Source: Eledone cirrhosa (lineage: Eukaryota). From it: DNA of 64,000 nucleotides. The DNA is taken from assembly GCA_964016885.1 (NCBI GenBank), contig CAXHJY010000905.1:1-64000 (forward strand), written 5' to 3'. Below, in pieces: positions 42,611 through 56,955 of this stretch (position 1 is its first letter; each line of letters begins with the position of its first letter). A program made the translations under genes and the position numbers. The notes beneath the pieces were generated by a model. The model worked only from the letters and a program-made list of their open reading frames with translations, did no database searches and was not told the DNA's origin.

Positions 42611-42905
42611 GAAAATCTTGTGCATATTAATATATGGTGCTCGGGTTCAAAATGACTAGATGACAGTTTAAAATAAGGAAGGTATTGAGGAAATCTAAGA
42701 TGTCAAAGGGATGAATGAGACATGGGTCTCTAAGAACCAATGAGAATACACAATTATTGAAGGTGGAAAAGTTTGTTATATGGTGATTGGGAGAAGAAAT
42801 AAAACACGATTCAAAATGGGGATTGAATTAAGAAAACCAATGTATATAATTGTATGAATTTATTTATATAATTATTTTTTTTAAAATCAACAACGTGTAT
42901 GTATG

Positions 42906-42952
<47 letters not shown>

Positions 42953-43030
42953 CAAGAAAACGATAAAAAGAGGTACAAAAACAAAAAGTCTTATTACTTT
43001 CAAGCTTTATATGGAAAAGAGGAAAGAAAG

Positions 43031-43063
43031 TTCGACGTGTCGGGCTTTAGCCCTTCTTCAGGA
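43031..43063 (-). ncRNA. Minimal hammerhead-like motif with a core substitution
   Basis: Minus strand UC-CUGAAGA-A-GGGC-UAAA-GCCC-GACACGUC-GA; GAAAC reads GACAC; the island lies between (TA)n tracts. Confidence 0.5.
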
Positions 43064-44249
43064 GGGAGTACAAAAATATTGACAGGATCACAAAGGATAT
43101 ATATATATATATATATAATAAAACGAAAGTAAACCCTTAAGATATTGAATAGCGGAAGTAAGGGAGGGAACAGCAGACTCCTCATCCCTGTTTTATTGGA
43201 ATATTTCAGGTGCACTCCGAGGAAAAAGTGGCGACGGTATTACCATAGAGAACAGCCAATGACATGCGCTATTATCAGCCACACAACCTTATGGGTCTCC
43301 TTCCTCAAGTAGAGGGAGCCCCTCTCGATTTTGTGGAGGAAAAACAGCAGTTTGGGGACTGAGCAGGACAGCAACCAGCACGGAAAATAAGTTGTTGGTC
43401 AAGTCCTGGTGTTTAGCTATCGTATTCACCTCCGCAATGCGGGCCGTCGTATCAGGGTTTCTGGTCGTTTATACTGCTAGTTGACCTTCTTGAACCCCGA
43501 AAGTGTGTAACGTTGAGAGCCGACCAAACAAAGAGAATTAGACATTGGCAGTCAGGACAATTGGCCAACTCTTATAGATTCTGATCAATTGATTTAGTTT
43601 GACAAATAATAGTTTCTCTTTCTGGCAACATTCCAAGGAATTTGTAAAGGTGGAGCCCCACCTCTTTATAAGCGTTTGGCTTCGTGCCACACGATAGCCT
43701 GTCTGTCTGTGTGTCTCACTATCTATCCGTATGTCTGTCTGTCTTTGTGCAGGTCTGTTTACTGGCTGCTGGTCCATCAGGTTTCCGTCTGTGTGTCTAT
43801 TTCGGTTTCCGTCTATCTCCACTTCTTTCTTTCACTTCTTTCTTTCACTTCTTTCTTTCACTTCTTTCTTTCACTTCTTTCTTTCACTTCTTTCTTCCAC
43901 TTCTTTCTTTCACTTCTTTCTTTCACTTCTTTCTTCCACTTTTTTCTTCCACTTCTTTCTTTCACTTCTTTCTTTCACTTCTTTCTTTCACTTTTTAATT
44001 CACTCTCCCTCTCTTCCTCCGTCTCCCTCTCTCCCTCCCTCTCCCTTTCCCCTCTCTCCCTCCCCCTCTCTCTCTCCCTCCCCCTCTCTCTCTCCCTTTC
44101 TCTCTCTCCCTCCACCCCTCTCTCTCTCTCTCTCTCCTGTGAGATTTGAACTTTGAATGCAAAATACTTTAACTAATATAGCAAGATATTTTGTGTGTTG
44201 CTCTACCAATTCTAGAATTTACAAGTAGAAAGTATATTCTAAAACCCAT

Positions 44250-44740
44250 AACTATAGAGATTTAGTTATATAGTACAGTCTATTAAAATCCACCGCTATA
44301 GTGTATATACCATTAAAACCCACCGCTATAGTGTATATACCATTAAAACCCACCTCTATAGTCTATATACTATTAAAACCCACCTCTATAATGTATTTAC
44401 CATTAAAACCTACCGGTATATCGAGTAAAGGGTAAAGGTGAAAGACCCCCTTCGGTCACGAATGACCATGGGATTTGCACATAGAAACCTCTCCTCAGAG
44501 ACACAAGTCCGAGCAAGGTTAGAGATAGATTGCATTCCATTAAAATCCATCACAATATACTTATATTCTATTAAAATCTACCGATATAGAGACTATATTT
44601 TAATAAAACCTACATATATATTAACTATATTTTAATAAAACCTAAATATATATAGACTACATTTTAATAAAAACCTTAACTATCGAGCATATTCTATTAA
44701 AACTGACCGATATATAGTTTAATATATCAAAACCTAACGA
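44250..44740. repeat. ~30-bp minisatellite interrupted by an ~100-bp GC-richer insert (44424-44525)
   Basis: ccattaaaacccaccgctatagtgtatata-like units on both sides of the insert. Confidence 0.75.
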
Positions 44741-45037
44741 TATACATAGAGTACAATCTATTATGAGACAGCACCACAGAGTGTATTCTATTTAAATTCA
44801 ATATATCATTTATTAAGGTCTAACCAAGCGTCAATTAAATACACTTTCTTCACAATTATGTATTTGAATGGAGTGGGTTTGACAGTAATAATATTTGTGA
44901 GGATTACTTTTGGGGCGTCACTTTTAATGTCACGGTTTGACAGGAATTTCACACACATATTAATATAATAATTGTATTTATTGACAGATATAATATCGGA
45001 TAAACACCTCACTTATGTATTCGTTTGTTGGTTTGTT

Positions 45038-45083
<46 letters not shown>

Positions 45084-45253
45084 GAGAGAAATATATGTAT
45101 ATAGATATATAAATATATTTATATATATGTATATAGATATATAAATATATTTATAAATATATATAGATATATAAATATATGTATATATATATATATGTAC
45201 ACACACATACTCATATGCTGACATATTCGTATATATGTATAAAAGTAGTGTGC

Positions 45254-45297
<44 letters not shown>

Positions 45298-45425
45298 TGT
45301 TACTGTTTAAGACCATCAGCAGAAATTATAAGGATTTTTTTGCCTTGCAGTTGAACTTTTTCCGTTTCGGTATCGAATGAGAAATAAATCTATTTAATTT
45401 GTATCTATTTAATATATATTATATA

Positions 45426-45501
45426 CAGGGTGTCCCCCAAAATGTATACGCACTTCAACAGTTTTAATCAAAGTATGTATCCATTTTGGGGGGACACCCT
45501 G
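45426..45501. mobile_element. Tc1/mariner-type MITE
   Basis: cagggtgtcccccaaaatg / cattttggggggacaccctg, TA flanks. Confidence 0.8.
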
Positions 45502-45599
45502 TATATAGGTGCAGGGATGGTTGAGTTCTTCAGTTGTTGGTTGTGGGTTCAGTCCCATTGCATGTCACTTTGGGCAAGTGTCTTATACTACAGCTTCTT

Positions 45600-46098
45600 G
45601 ACCCCTAAAAGGCAAAGTTGATCTATCATGGCGGTATTTGATCTCAGAATATACATAAATGGCTGTAACTAAATACTGATTCCAGCAATTACCCAGTGCA
45701 TTACCGGTACTTTATTTTATGGACCCCGTAAGGATGAAAGGCAAAGTCAACCTCAATAATAATAATAATGGTTTCTGATTTAGGCACAAGGCCAGCAATT
45801 TTTGGAGAGGGGGAAAGTCGATGAACGTAAAGAGAGATAACTATATGTTGTAAAGCATATTGTTCGACGCTCTACCGACACTTCCAATCCAATAATAATG
45901 ATTTCTACTATAGGCACAAGGCCAGAAATGTTGGGGAAGGGCAAGTCGATTAAATCGACCCAGTGCGTGACTGGTATTTTATTTTATCGATCCTGTAAGG
46001 ATGAAAGGCAAAGCTCACCTCGGCTGGATTTGAACTCAGAGGGCAAAGGGCCATAACTCTATGCTTCAAAGCATGGTGTCTAACGTTCTACCGATACT
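45600..46098 (-). mobile_element. Cluster of about 4 type 1 SINE copies or fragments
   Basis: Repeated reverse-complement consensus blocks separated by (AAT)n; the fullest copy is 45900-46098. Confidence 0.82.
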
Positions 46099-46299
46099 AA
46101 ACATAACTTAGTTGATGCCAAGCAGTCTAAGCTGGAAGCCGTAGAGTAGCCATTATGATGTGCAAGTATTTCTTAATCAATTGAGAGGAAATATTTGCTG
46201 ATAAACAACTATTTTCAGTAAGTGCTTGGATTAACCAAGACATCCATTCAGATTTACACGATAAGTGTTCCACCTCACTGTCTCTCTTTCTTATACATA

Positions 46300-47030
<731 letters not shown>

Positions 47031-47158
47031 TAACAACGTGTATAAATATGTACACGTATCTAATATGTAAGCATGTTAATATCACAGAAAATTGGAACTT
47101 CCCAGTAAATTGAACCCTAATTAGAAGACCTACATCATCCAATCAACCATAAGGAAAC

Positions 47159-47201
<43 letters not shown>

Positions 47202-47519
47202 TGGCTGCCAACTCGTTTTCGAATACGGCCACTACTTTATATCCATGTAGGAGAACCCCTACCGATGCGCTGAACGAGTGTGACTTTTTAGTCCAGCCAG
47301 AGACTTGAAAACTCTGGTACAAACACTACACTTGTGACAATTATTGACACATAGTGCTTTACCTTTGGTACCATGTGACGACAAGTGCAGAGAGATCTCC
47401 AGATACAAAGCAATGCCTGTGCCATGAAGCTTTTATAGTGTGCAAAGGCACTGCACAAAGCCAGTCCCACTCTCTTAACCAAGATGATATTTACCAAAAA
47501 GAAGAACAAGTCAACATCA

Positions 47520-47807
47520 TTGGATACCATCAGGGTTGCAGGTGTTATATCAGAGTTTTCCTTCTCCTAGAATTCTACCTTGACAAAGGCTAAGGGGTCA
47601 TCTCTCCCAGTGATTTTGGATGGCCATTGACTCTTAAGAGCTCCTTTGCCTTTTGACAGGTTTTGTTTTTAGTCCTGCAGGATGTCCAAAGTCACCCTCC
47701 TCACCAAGAAACCTTGGTGGGGTTGCCAGTTTAGTCGCCAACGACCCGACCATGAGACAGGTTGTACTGGGATACATGTTACCAGTAGCACCAAGTGGTG
47801 ACCTGAC
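47520..47807 (-). mobile_element. Probable LINE (RTE-like) 5' UTR remnant
   Basis: Minus strand ggcgactaaactggcaacccc and ctaggagaaggaaaactctga resemble RTE 5' UTR sequence as I recall it; no coding support. Confidence 0.4.
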
Positions 47808-47845
<38 letters not shown>

Positions 47846-48557
47846 GCGCGCGCTTGTTTATATAAATGTATTCATGTCGATAAACAGCATATATATACAT
47901 ATTTCTAGATACCACTTATATTTCTGGTGATGGTGCGCGTGATGTTGATAGTAGTAGTGGTGATGGCGATGGTGGGGAAGTTGATGGTAATGGTGGTGGT
48001 GGTGGTGGTGGTGGTGGTGATTTGATGTTGATGGTTGTAGTGGTATTGATGGTGGTAGTGATAGGTTTGTTGGAAAAGCTGTTAGTGTCGGTGCTGCTGT
48101 CTCGATGTTCAGTTCTATTCATAAAGAATTAACACCCGAAAGAAAAACCACACCCTTTCGTCACCAAAGTAAGTGCGAGGGTGATATTTGGACTATTTCT
48201 CTCCCCCCCCCCACAACCACCACCCCTGCCTACCGATATTTATCATCTTTCAAGTTCATTGCGTGCAAACCTTCAGATATTGGGTCAGTCTAACCACTCT
48301 ATCTATTATCACAGTCATATATACATAATTTCGTCTGTATTTATGTAAGCCATCGAAAGGCATAAATTGTTCAGTCTTTATCTTTACCTGTTTTGTAATG
48401 TCCCAATGTGTACTGGGACGAATAGTATCAACCTTAAAATAACCGAAATAGTAGTGATTTCCAGATGTTGAATGAGGAGATGGGACTGTTCGTTTTTCCG
48501 TTTTTTTTTTTCATTGTCCATGTCCTGTGCGGCCCTGTTTTGAATTCATATTCTAAA

Positions 48558-48945
48558 GGCGTGTGTGTGTAATGCTTTGTGACATTTGTCGTGGTTCTTT
48601 CCGTTCTGATTTCAAATTCCGCCGAAGTTAACTTTGCTTTTCACCCTTACGGGGTCGATAAAATAAAGTACCAGTCACGCACTGGGGTCGATTTAATCGA
48701 CTTTCCCCTCTCCCAGAATTGCTGGCCTTAAGCCTATATAAGAAACCATTATTATGAGAAAGGAGGATCGGCAGTATCGGTAGAGCGTCAGACACAATGC
48801 TTTGCAGCACAGTTATGACCCTTTACGTTCTGAGTTCAAATCCCGCCGAGGTTAGCTTTGCCTTTCATCTTACCGGGTCGATAAAATAAAGTACCAGTAA
48901 TACACTGGGGTAATTGCTGGCCTTGGGCCTAAAGTAGGAACAATT
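48558..48945 (+). mobile_element. Two tandem type 1 SINEs (long-tail then short-tail)
   Basis: Consensus matches at 48558-48750 and 48765-48945. Confidence 0.87.
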
Positions 48946-49144
48946 CTTATTTGAAAGGAGAGAGAGGTGAGGCGACTGGAGGGGAACAACTGGGACAGGG
49001 CTCTTACCCTAGAAATCAGGGCACCGGTGGTTTTATGGGGTTTTTTTTCCACGAGTGACCCTCGAACGTCTCCTCCCTATCGAGGTACCTCTTTTGTTAA
49101 TTCATTTTTTAAACATTGTTAAAATTTGTTTACACACAAAACCC

Positions 49145-50250
49145 ACACACCAACACATATATACACACACCAACACATATATACACACACCAACACATAT
49201 ATACACACACCAACACATATATACACACACCAACACATATATACACACACCAACACATATATACACACACCAACACATATATACACACACACCAACACAT
49301 ATATATACACACACCAACACATATATACACACACCAACACATATATACACACACCAACACATATATACACACACACCAACACATATATACACACACACCA
49401 ACACATATATACACACACACCAACACATATATACACACACCAACACATATATACACACACCAACATATATACACACACACCAACACATATATACACACAC
49501 ACCAACACATATATACACACACCAACACATATATACACACACCAACACATATATACACACACCAACACATATATACACACACACCAACACATATATACAC
49601 ACACACCAACACATATATACACACACACCAACACATATATACACACACCAACACATATATATACACACCAACACATATATATACACACCAACACATATAT
49701 ATACACACCAACACATATATACACACACCAACACATATATACACACACACCAACACATATATACACACACACCAACACATATATACACACACACCAACAC
49801 ATATATACACACACACCAACACATATATACACACACACCAACACATATATACACACACACCAACACATATATACACACACACCAACACATATATACACAC
49901 ACACCAACACATATATACACACACCAACACATATATACACACACACCAACACATATATACACACACACCAACACATATATACACACACCAACACATATAT
50001 ACACACACCAACACATATATACACACACCAACACATATATACACACACCAACACATATATACACACCAACACATATATACACACACCAACACATATATAC
50101 ACACACACAAACACATATATATACACACACCAACACATATACACACACACCAACACATATATACACACACACCAACACATATACACACACACCAACACAT
50201 ATATACACACACCAACACATATATACACACACCAACACATATATACACAC
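49145..50250. repeat. 20-22-bp minisatellite (caccaacacatatatacaca)n
   Basis: About 50 copies; open in all six frames because the unit lacks stop codons. Confidence 0.96.
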
Positions 50251-50510
50251 ACTCTGTGTTTTCATCCCGTGTCGTCATAATGTTTTTTCTTGATGTAAAC
50301 CCTTTTGTGGTTAATAAAGCAATCATTATCATTATCATTGTCCTTTACATGTCGGTCTTTGTGACCAATAAATGAAATCATTACTATTATTATTATAATA
50401 ATAAAAATCTTTACACGCACAAAACCCACATCGTGTACCGTCCTGTGCCGTCTGTAATGTTTTTCTTAATGTCAGCCTTTGTGGTCAATAAAGAAATTAT
50501 TATTATTATT

Positions 50511-51095
50511 GTTCTTTGAGTCTGTCATTGATGTTATTTAACTGGAAAGTTTGTTGAAATGAATATCAAGCCGCTACCTGCAGCCTCAGATATTCAGGAC
50601 GTATCGGAGGGGTCTTGCTGTTCCCAGCAAGCATGCCTTTTGAAGTGTTCCAAAAAGTGGGGCTGGACTAATCTTCTTTAACCATCCTTGGAAACTCTTT
50701 GAGATAGTGCCCAGTGGGCCTATGACAATCGGGACGACCTTGATTTCATGGCAGTTCCAAATCCTTTTTAACTCCCACTTTAAATCCTGGTATCGGTTAA
50801 TTTTCTCCCTCTCCTTTTCTTGCACTCTCGTGTCAAATGGGCAGGCTACATCTACCATCAGGCACGATCTTTTTTCCTTGTCAAAAACCACCAAGTCAGG
50901 CCTATTGTGTTCTAATTTCTTTTCCGTCTGTATCCTAAAATCCCACAGCACCTTCACCTGATCGTTTTCTATCACCGACTCTGGCTTATGCTCATACCAC
51001 TTCTCAGAATGTGGTAAAATGTTTACTCTGCATAGATGCCAGTGGATCACCCTGCCTATCACATCATGTCTCCAGCCTTTATAGTGAGTCTGGGC
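50511..51095 (-). mobile_element. R4/Dong-clade non-LTR retrotransposon, 5'-truncated, restriction-like endonuclease domain
   Basis: Uninterrupted frame 51095-50586: RHD..HWHLC..WYEHKPESVIEN..LWDFRIQT..HNRPDLVV..DVACP..EKINRYQDL..VVPIVIG..LQKACLLGTAR; (TAA)n at both ends. Confidence 0.9.
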
Positions 51096-51118
51096 TATTA
51101 TTATTATTATTATTATTA

Positions 51119-51385
51119 GGTTGACTTTGCCTTTCATCCTTACGGGGTCGATAACATAAAGTACCAGTAATGCACTGGGTAATTGCTGGCCTTGTGCCTA
51201 AAGTAGAAACAATTATTATTAATATTATCACCATGATCTGAGTTCAAATCCCGCCGAGGTTAACTTTGCCTTTCATCCTCACGGGGTTGATAAAATAAAG
51301 TACCAGTCACGCACTGGAGATGATTTAATCGACTTTCCCCTCCCCCAAAATTGCTGGCCTTGTGCCTATATAAGAAACGATTATT
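51119..51385 (+). mobile_element. Two truncated type 1 SINEs
   Basis: Short-tail copy 51119-51215 and long-tail copy 51235-51385. Confidence 0.85.
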
Positions 51386-52400
51386 ATAATTATTATTATT
51401 ATTATTGGTGTTGTTGTTTTTGTGTTTTATTTTGGTTTTGCTTAATTTTTATGGAACAAATTAAAGCAAAATTGGTTCCAGGTGAGCAGATACATAGAAC
51501 ATTTGGGAAATATAAATGGTGGATGGACAAGGAGTTTAAGCACCACTGGTCTGTATCTGGTCAGAGTGAGACAAATGTAAGCCGCCATTGTGGTTTACCT
51601 GGTATGTGGTGGCAGTGGGGTAACATCAGGTGGTCAGAGGGTTGGAGTGTGTCGATGTATCAGTGTGTGGGTATGTGGCTGTGTGTGTGGTTGTGTGTGT
51701 GACTGTGGCTGGATATGTGTGTGTGTTTGTGTGTGGCTGTATGTCGATGTGTGGGTGTGTGTGTGTGGCTGTGTGGGGGTGTCTTAGGTTGTATTAACAG
51801 GGGAGCGATAGAACAGGTATGAAGTTGAATGGAGCACAACGAAAATATTAATACGGAGGGAAGGTAGGGTGGAGGGGAGAAGAGAGGGGGGTGAGAGAGG
51901 TGTGTGGGAGGGGTGAAAGAGAGGTTAGAGAGAGAAAAGACGTGAGAAGAAAGAGAAATTGAGAATGAGAGAGGAGAAAGGGAAGGGGGCTAGAGAAAGA
52001 TGAGAGAGAGAAGAAAAGGAGGGAATAGAGGGAAGGGGAGGACGAAGGAGGAGAAGAAAAGTGAGGGAAGAGAGAAAGTAAGGGAAGAAAGAGGGGAGAG
52101 AAAAGGAGGGAAAAGAGAGAAGAGGAGAAAGTGCGGAGAAAGTGAGGGAAGAGAGAGGGAGAGAGAAGAAAAATTGTTATATTATGAAATGAAATAGAAA
52201 AGAGGAATTATATTCTACCCCCTCCCCCTCCCTCCTGCCCTAAGGTAATAGTTTTAATTAATTAATCTCTGTTCTAGAAATCGATATCTTGTATAATGAG
52301 TGGTTGTAAAACGATTGAGCAGTTTTATTGATATCAATCAACTTGGAACTCGACTATTAATTAATTAAATAATATTAATAATAATAATAATACCAATAAT

Positions 52401-52586
52401 AATTGTTTCTACTTTAGGCACAAGGCCAGCAATTACCCAGTGCATTACTGGTACTTTATTTTATCGACCCCCGTAAGGATGAAAGGCAAATTTTACCTCG
52501 GCGGGATTTGAACTCAGATCGTAAAGGGACGTAACTCTATGTTGCAAAGCATGGCGTCCGCCCCCTCTACCGATACTGCCAATCCA
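52401..52586 (-). mobile_element. SINE type 1, short-tail form
   Basis: Consensus match with an (AAT)n tail. Confidence 0.88.
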
Positions 52587-53117
52587 TGATGATATAATAT
52601 GGGTGGTAGTGATTATGATGATGATGATAATGATGATGATAATAATAAACATTTCTTTATTGGCCACAAGGGCCTACATATAGGGGACAACAATAATAAT
52701 AATAATAATAATAATAATAAGGTTATAAGAACACGCGAAATATAAAATAATATAAAATTATAATGATCGTCCCGAGAAAGAGAGATAGAAAGGTAAACAG
52801 GGAGGGGGGGTATGATTCAGGTACATTAGATGGGTTTTCAATAAAATATTCTAAATTATTAATTAATTCTTGGTTTAATTAAATCAATTTAATCTTATTT
52901 TCTCTTTGATTATTTCCTTTAATTAAAATAGGTAATCAATCTATCCTTGTCTCTCCAGTAGAAATTAGTTTCCAGAGTGTGTGTGTGTGTTTGATTATTT
53001 AATATTTCGAAACAATTATTTAATATTTCATCTTATTAATTTTACCTGGTTATAAAAGAAGGGATTAAATGAAAAATGCAGGTATGACCGAACTCCTTCT
53101 CCGTCGTACGCCATATC

Positions 53118-54535
53118 AGGTTTCTCAGGTGTTTTAATGATAGATGCTTCAGTCCTATCACGTTGTTGTTGTTGTCACAGTTCACATCTATGTAGGTTTA
53201 GCAGTAGGAGGTTTCTCAGGTCTTTTAATGATAGGGGCCCCAGTCCTATCACGTTGTTGTTGTCACAGTTCACATCTATGTAGGTTTAGCAGTAGGAGGT
53301 TTCTCAGGTCTTTTAATGATAGGGGCCCCAGTCCTATCACGTTGTTGTTGTCACAGTTCACATCTATGTAGGTTTAGCAGTAGGAGGTTTCTCAGGTCTT
53401 TTAATGATAGGGGCCCCAGTCCTATCACGTTGTTGTTGTCACAGTTCACATCTATGTAGGTTTAGCAGTAGGAGGTTTCTCAGGTCTTTTAATGATAGGG
53501 GCCCCAGTCCTATCACCTTGTTGTTGTTGCGGCTCCCACCTATGTAAATTTAGCTGGCCCCCTACAAGGCTGAATCTCATGAGAGGTTTCTCAGGTGTTT
53601 TAATGTTAGATGCCTCAGTCTATCACGTTGTCGTTGTTACATCTCACACCTATATAGGTTTAGCTGGCCTCCTACAAGTTTGTATCTCAAGGGAGGTTTC
53701 TCATGTGCTTCAATGATAGGTGCCCCTGTCCTATCACGTGGTTGTTGCAGCTCACACCTATGTAGGTTTAGCAGTAGGAGGTTTCTCAGGTGTTTTGAGG
53801 ATAGGGACCTCATTCCTATCACTTTGTTGTTGTTACAGCTCACACCTATGTAGGTTTTAGCTGGCCTCCTACAAGGTTGTATCTCATAGGAGGTTTCTTA
53901 GGTGTTTTAATGATAGGGGCCACATTTCTATCTTGTTGTCACAGCTCTCATCTATGTAGGTTTAGATAGTCTCCTAGAAGACTGTATCTCAAAGGAGGTT
54001 CCTCGGTGTTTTAATGATAAGGGCCTCATTCCTATCGTGTTGTTGTTGTAGCTCAAACCTATGTAGGTGTTTTAATGGTAGGGTTCTGTAATATTATGTT
54101 ATTGTTACATCTCACACCTACTTAGGTTTAGCTGACCTACATGGTTTCATTTCATAGGTGGTTTCTTGGGGCCTCAATTCTGCCACTTTGCTGTTGTAGC
54201 TTTAGATAGACTCTTACGTGTTTGTATCTCTTAAGAGATTACTTGGGTGTTTTAATGATAGGGGCCCTGTCCTATCACTTTGTTTTTGTTGCAATTCATG
54301 CATAAGTTTAGCTAGCCTCCTACAAGTTTGTAACTCATAGGAGATTTTTCAGGTGTTTAGATAGCTTCCTATAAGATTTTCTCATAGGAGGTTTCTCAGG
54401 TGTTTTAATGATAGAGGCCCCAGTGCTGTCCTATCACGTTGTTATTGTTACAGCTCACAGTTATGTAGGCTTAGCTGGCATCATGCGATATTATCACTCA
54501 TAGGATGAGGATTTCTCGGGTGGTTTAATGATAAC
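53118..54535. repeat. Tandem array: homogeneous 88-bp units grading into diverged ~105-110-bp units
   Basis: gtttctcagg starts at 53211, 53299, 53387 and 53475; later units add gctggcctcctacaag..tctca. Confidence 0.9.
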
Positions 54536-55352
54536 CTTGTTACGTCACGATGTGAATCTCTCCGAGAACAAAGTTAAGGGTGTACGTATCTGTGAAATTT
54601 TGTACCACGAGAATGTTAATCTCACAAGCAAGCTGTTCAGTTGTTCGAACAACTGGAAGACTCGTCGTCAGAACCGACGGAGATCCACCATAATCATCAG
54701 CATCATCAACAACAACAAGAACAACAATTTGTAACATTATTCGAATTAATCGGTTGGTTATATCTGTATTTTATTGGCCACAGAGGTAATATAACAAGAA
54801 TATCTATACGGGAAATAGTGTATTGGTAGCTGTAATAATATCATAAATTAACTATAAACATGTAGCCTAGCTTCTGAATCTATGAATCGATCCTTAATGA
54901 AATCAATCGTTAAAGCTGTGATGAGTAAAGCCAGTCAGTAAAATATCTCACCTCTCCACACATCTTTGAAGTAGTTCTACATTAAAGCTAATAAGGGTTA
55001 AGTCCGAAACAACTGAGCTATTTCTCTTAAAGTGGGCATTTGATGAGTTTCTGATAGGTTCTCACTAATATTATACTCTCTATAAAGTTATATGGCTGCC
55101 CCCCCCCCCCCCCTCGCTCTTTCTCTCTCTCTCTAATGTAATATTACTCTTTTATGTAATATCACTCTCTATAAAGGTAGATTATTCTCTCTCTCTCTCT
55201 CTGTTTCCCCCCCTCTCTCTCTCGCTATTTCATTCTTCTGTTTCCCCCTCTCTCTAACGATATATCCCACCCTCTCTCTAATGTAATATTACTCTCTCTG
55301 TATCTCCCTCCTTCCCTCCTTCTCTCTCTTTCTCTCTTTATTTTTGTCTATT

Positions 55353-55386
<34 letters not shown>

Positions 55387-55761
55387 GGTCTCTCTCTCGG
55401 TCTCTCCCTCGGTCTCTCCCTCGGTCTCTCTCTCTCGGTCTCTCTCTCTCTCTCGCTCTCTCTCTCGCTCTCTCTCTCTCTCGGTCTCTCTCTCTCGGTC
55501 TCTCTCTCTCGGTCTCTCTCTCGGTTTCTCTCTCATGTAATATTACTCTCCAAACTTATGGCTATCTTGAAATATGATCCACTAAACACTTGTGATTTTC
55601 TCTATGGATGTGTTACATAAATCGTTATTATATGTTCATGAATTGGTTATAGGTTTTTATGTAATTGCTCCAGGGAGTACTATATTCCCTGTTGAGACTA
55701 TAGTAATAGATACTCCGTAGTGTAGCGAGAGAGGGGGTGTGAGGGGAGAAAACAATATATA

Positions 55762-55842
55762 CAGGCTATTCCCCAAAAATGTATACACACTTCAATAGCA
55801 TTCTAATAAAAAAATGTGTATACATTTTTTTGGAACACCTTG
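55762..55842. mobile_element. Tc1/mariner-type MITE (degenerate)
   Basis: aaaaatgtatacaca / tgtgtatacattttt arms; same family as 3849 and 45426. Confidence 0.65.
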
Positions 55843-56299
55843 TATATATATATATATATATAGTGGTTTCAAGGCTTCAAAGATAAATGAAATAATTTTT
55901 TATTTTGTATTGATAATAGCTCCGCTCCTTTCTGTCCCCCCTCCCCCATCAAAAAAGGTCGATTGATACACCTCCCTCCTTTTTTCCCACGTCCCACAAA
56001 GGATGATTGATACACCTCCCTCCAGAGCTACCCCCCCCCGTCCACCCCCCCCCCCCCAAAAAAAGACCGATTTTTTTTCTTCGGTGCTTGAAGTTAATAT
56101 ACAACCGAGATTTAAGAGAATCTGAAAGCCTACATTAACTGTTATTATATGTGAAGGTTTTAAAACATAGAGCAAGCAAGAATCTAGCGTGTTCGGGTCT
56201 CTGTCTTTTGCTTTGCTCTTTTTTGGTCTCTATCTTTTGTTCTTTTTTGTGCCGTTTCATACCAACCTTATTTGTATGTTTTGTGGAACTGTGTTTGGC

Positions 56300-56955
56300 T
56301 TTTTTTGTGACTATGATTCTCTCTATGATTCTGTCTGTGTGTTTTGTGACTATGATTCTCTCTATGATTCTGTCTGTGTGTTTTGTGACTATGATTCTCT
56401 CTATGATTCTGTCTGTGTGTTTTGTGACTATGATTATCTCTATGACTCTGTCTGTGTGTTTTGTGACTATGATTCTGTCTGTGTGTTTTGTGACTATGAT
56501 TCTCTCTATGATTCTCTCTGTGTGTTTTGTGACTATGATTCTGTCTGTGTGTTTTGTGACTATGATTATCTCTATGACTCTGTCTGTGTGTTTTGTGACT
56601 ATGATTCTGTCTGTGTGTTTTGTGACTATGATTCTCTCTATGATTCTGTCTGTGTGTTTTGTGACTATGATTATCTCTATGACTCTGTCTGTGTGTTTTG
56701 TGACTATGATTCTGTCTGTGTGTTTTGTGACTATGATTCTCTCTATGACTCTGTCTGTGTGTTTTGTGACTATGATTCTGTCTGTGTGTTTTGTGACTAT
56801 GATTCTCTCTATGATTCTGTCTGTGTGTTTTGTGACTATGATTCTCTCTATGATTCTCTCTGTGTGTTTTGTGACTATGATTCTCTCTCTGACTCTGTCT
56901 GTGTGTTTTGTGACTATGATTCTCTCTATGATTCTGTCTGTGGGTTTTGTGACTA
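56300..56955. repeat. Minisatellite of mixed 39-bp and 27-bp units
   Basis: gttttgtgactatgatt[ctctctatgatt]ctgtctgtgt. Confidence 0.95.

Noticed and set aside
44424-44525. Hairpin-rich insert (ggtcacgaatgacc) as a ribozyme
   Set aside because: Only one clear hairpin; no complete HDV, twister or hammerhead fold could be fitted. Probably a retroelement fragment.
49055-50375. Six overlapping ~400-aa ORFs
   Set aside because: The minisatellite unit has no stop codon in any frame; no unique coding flanks.
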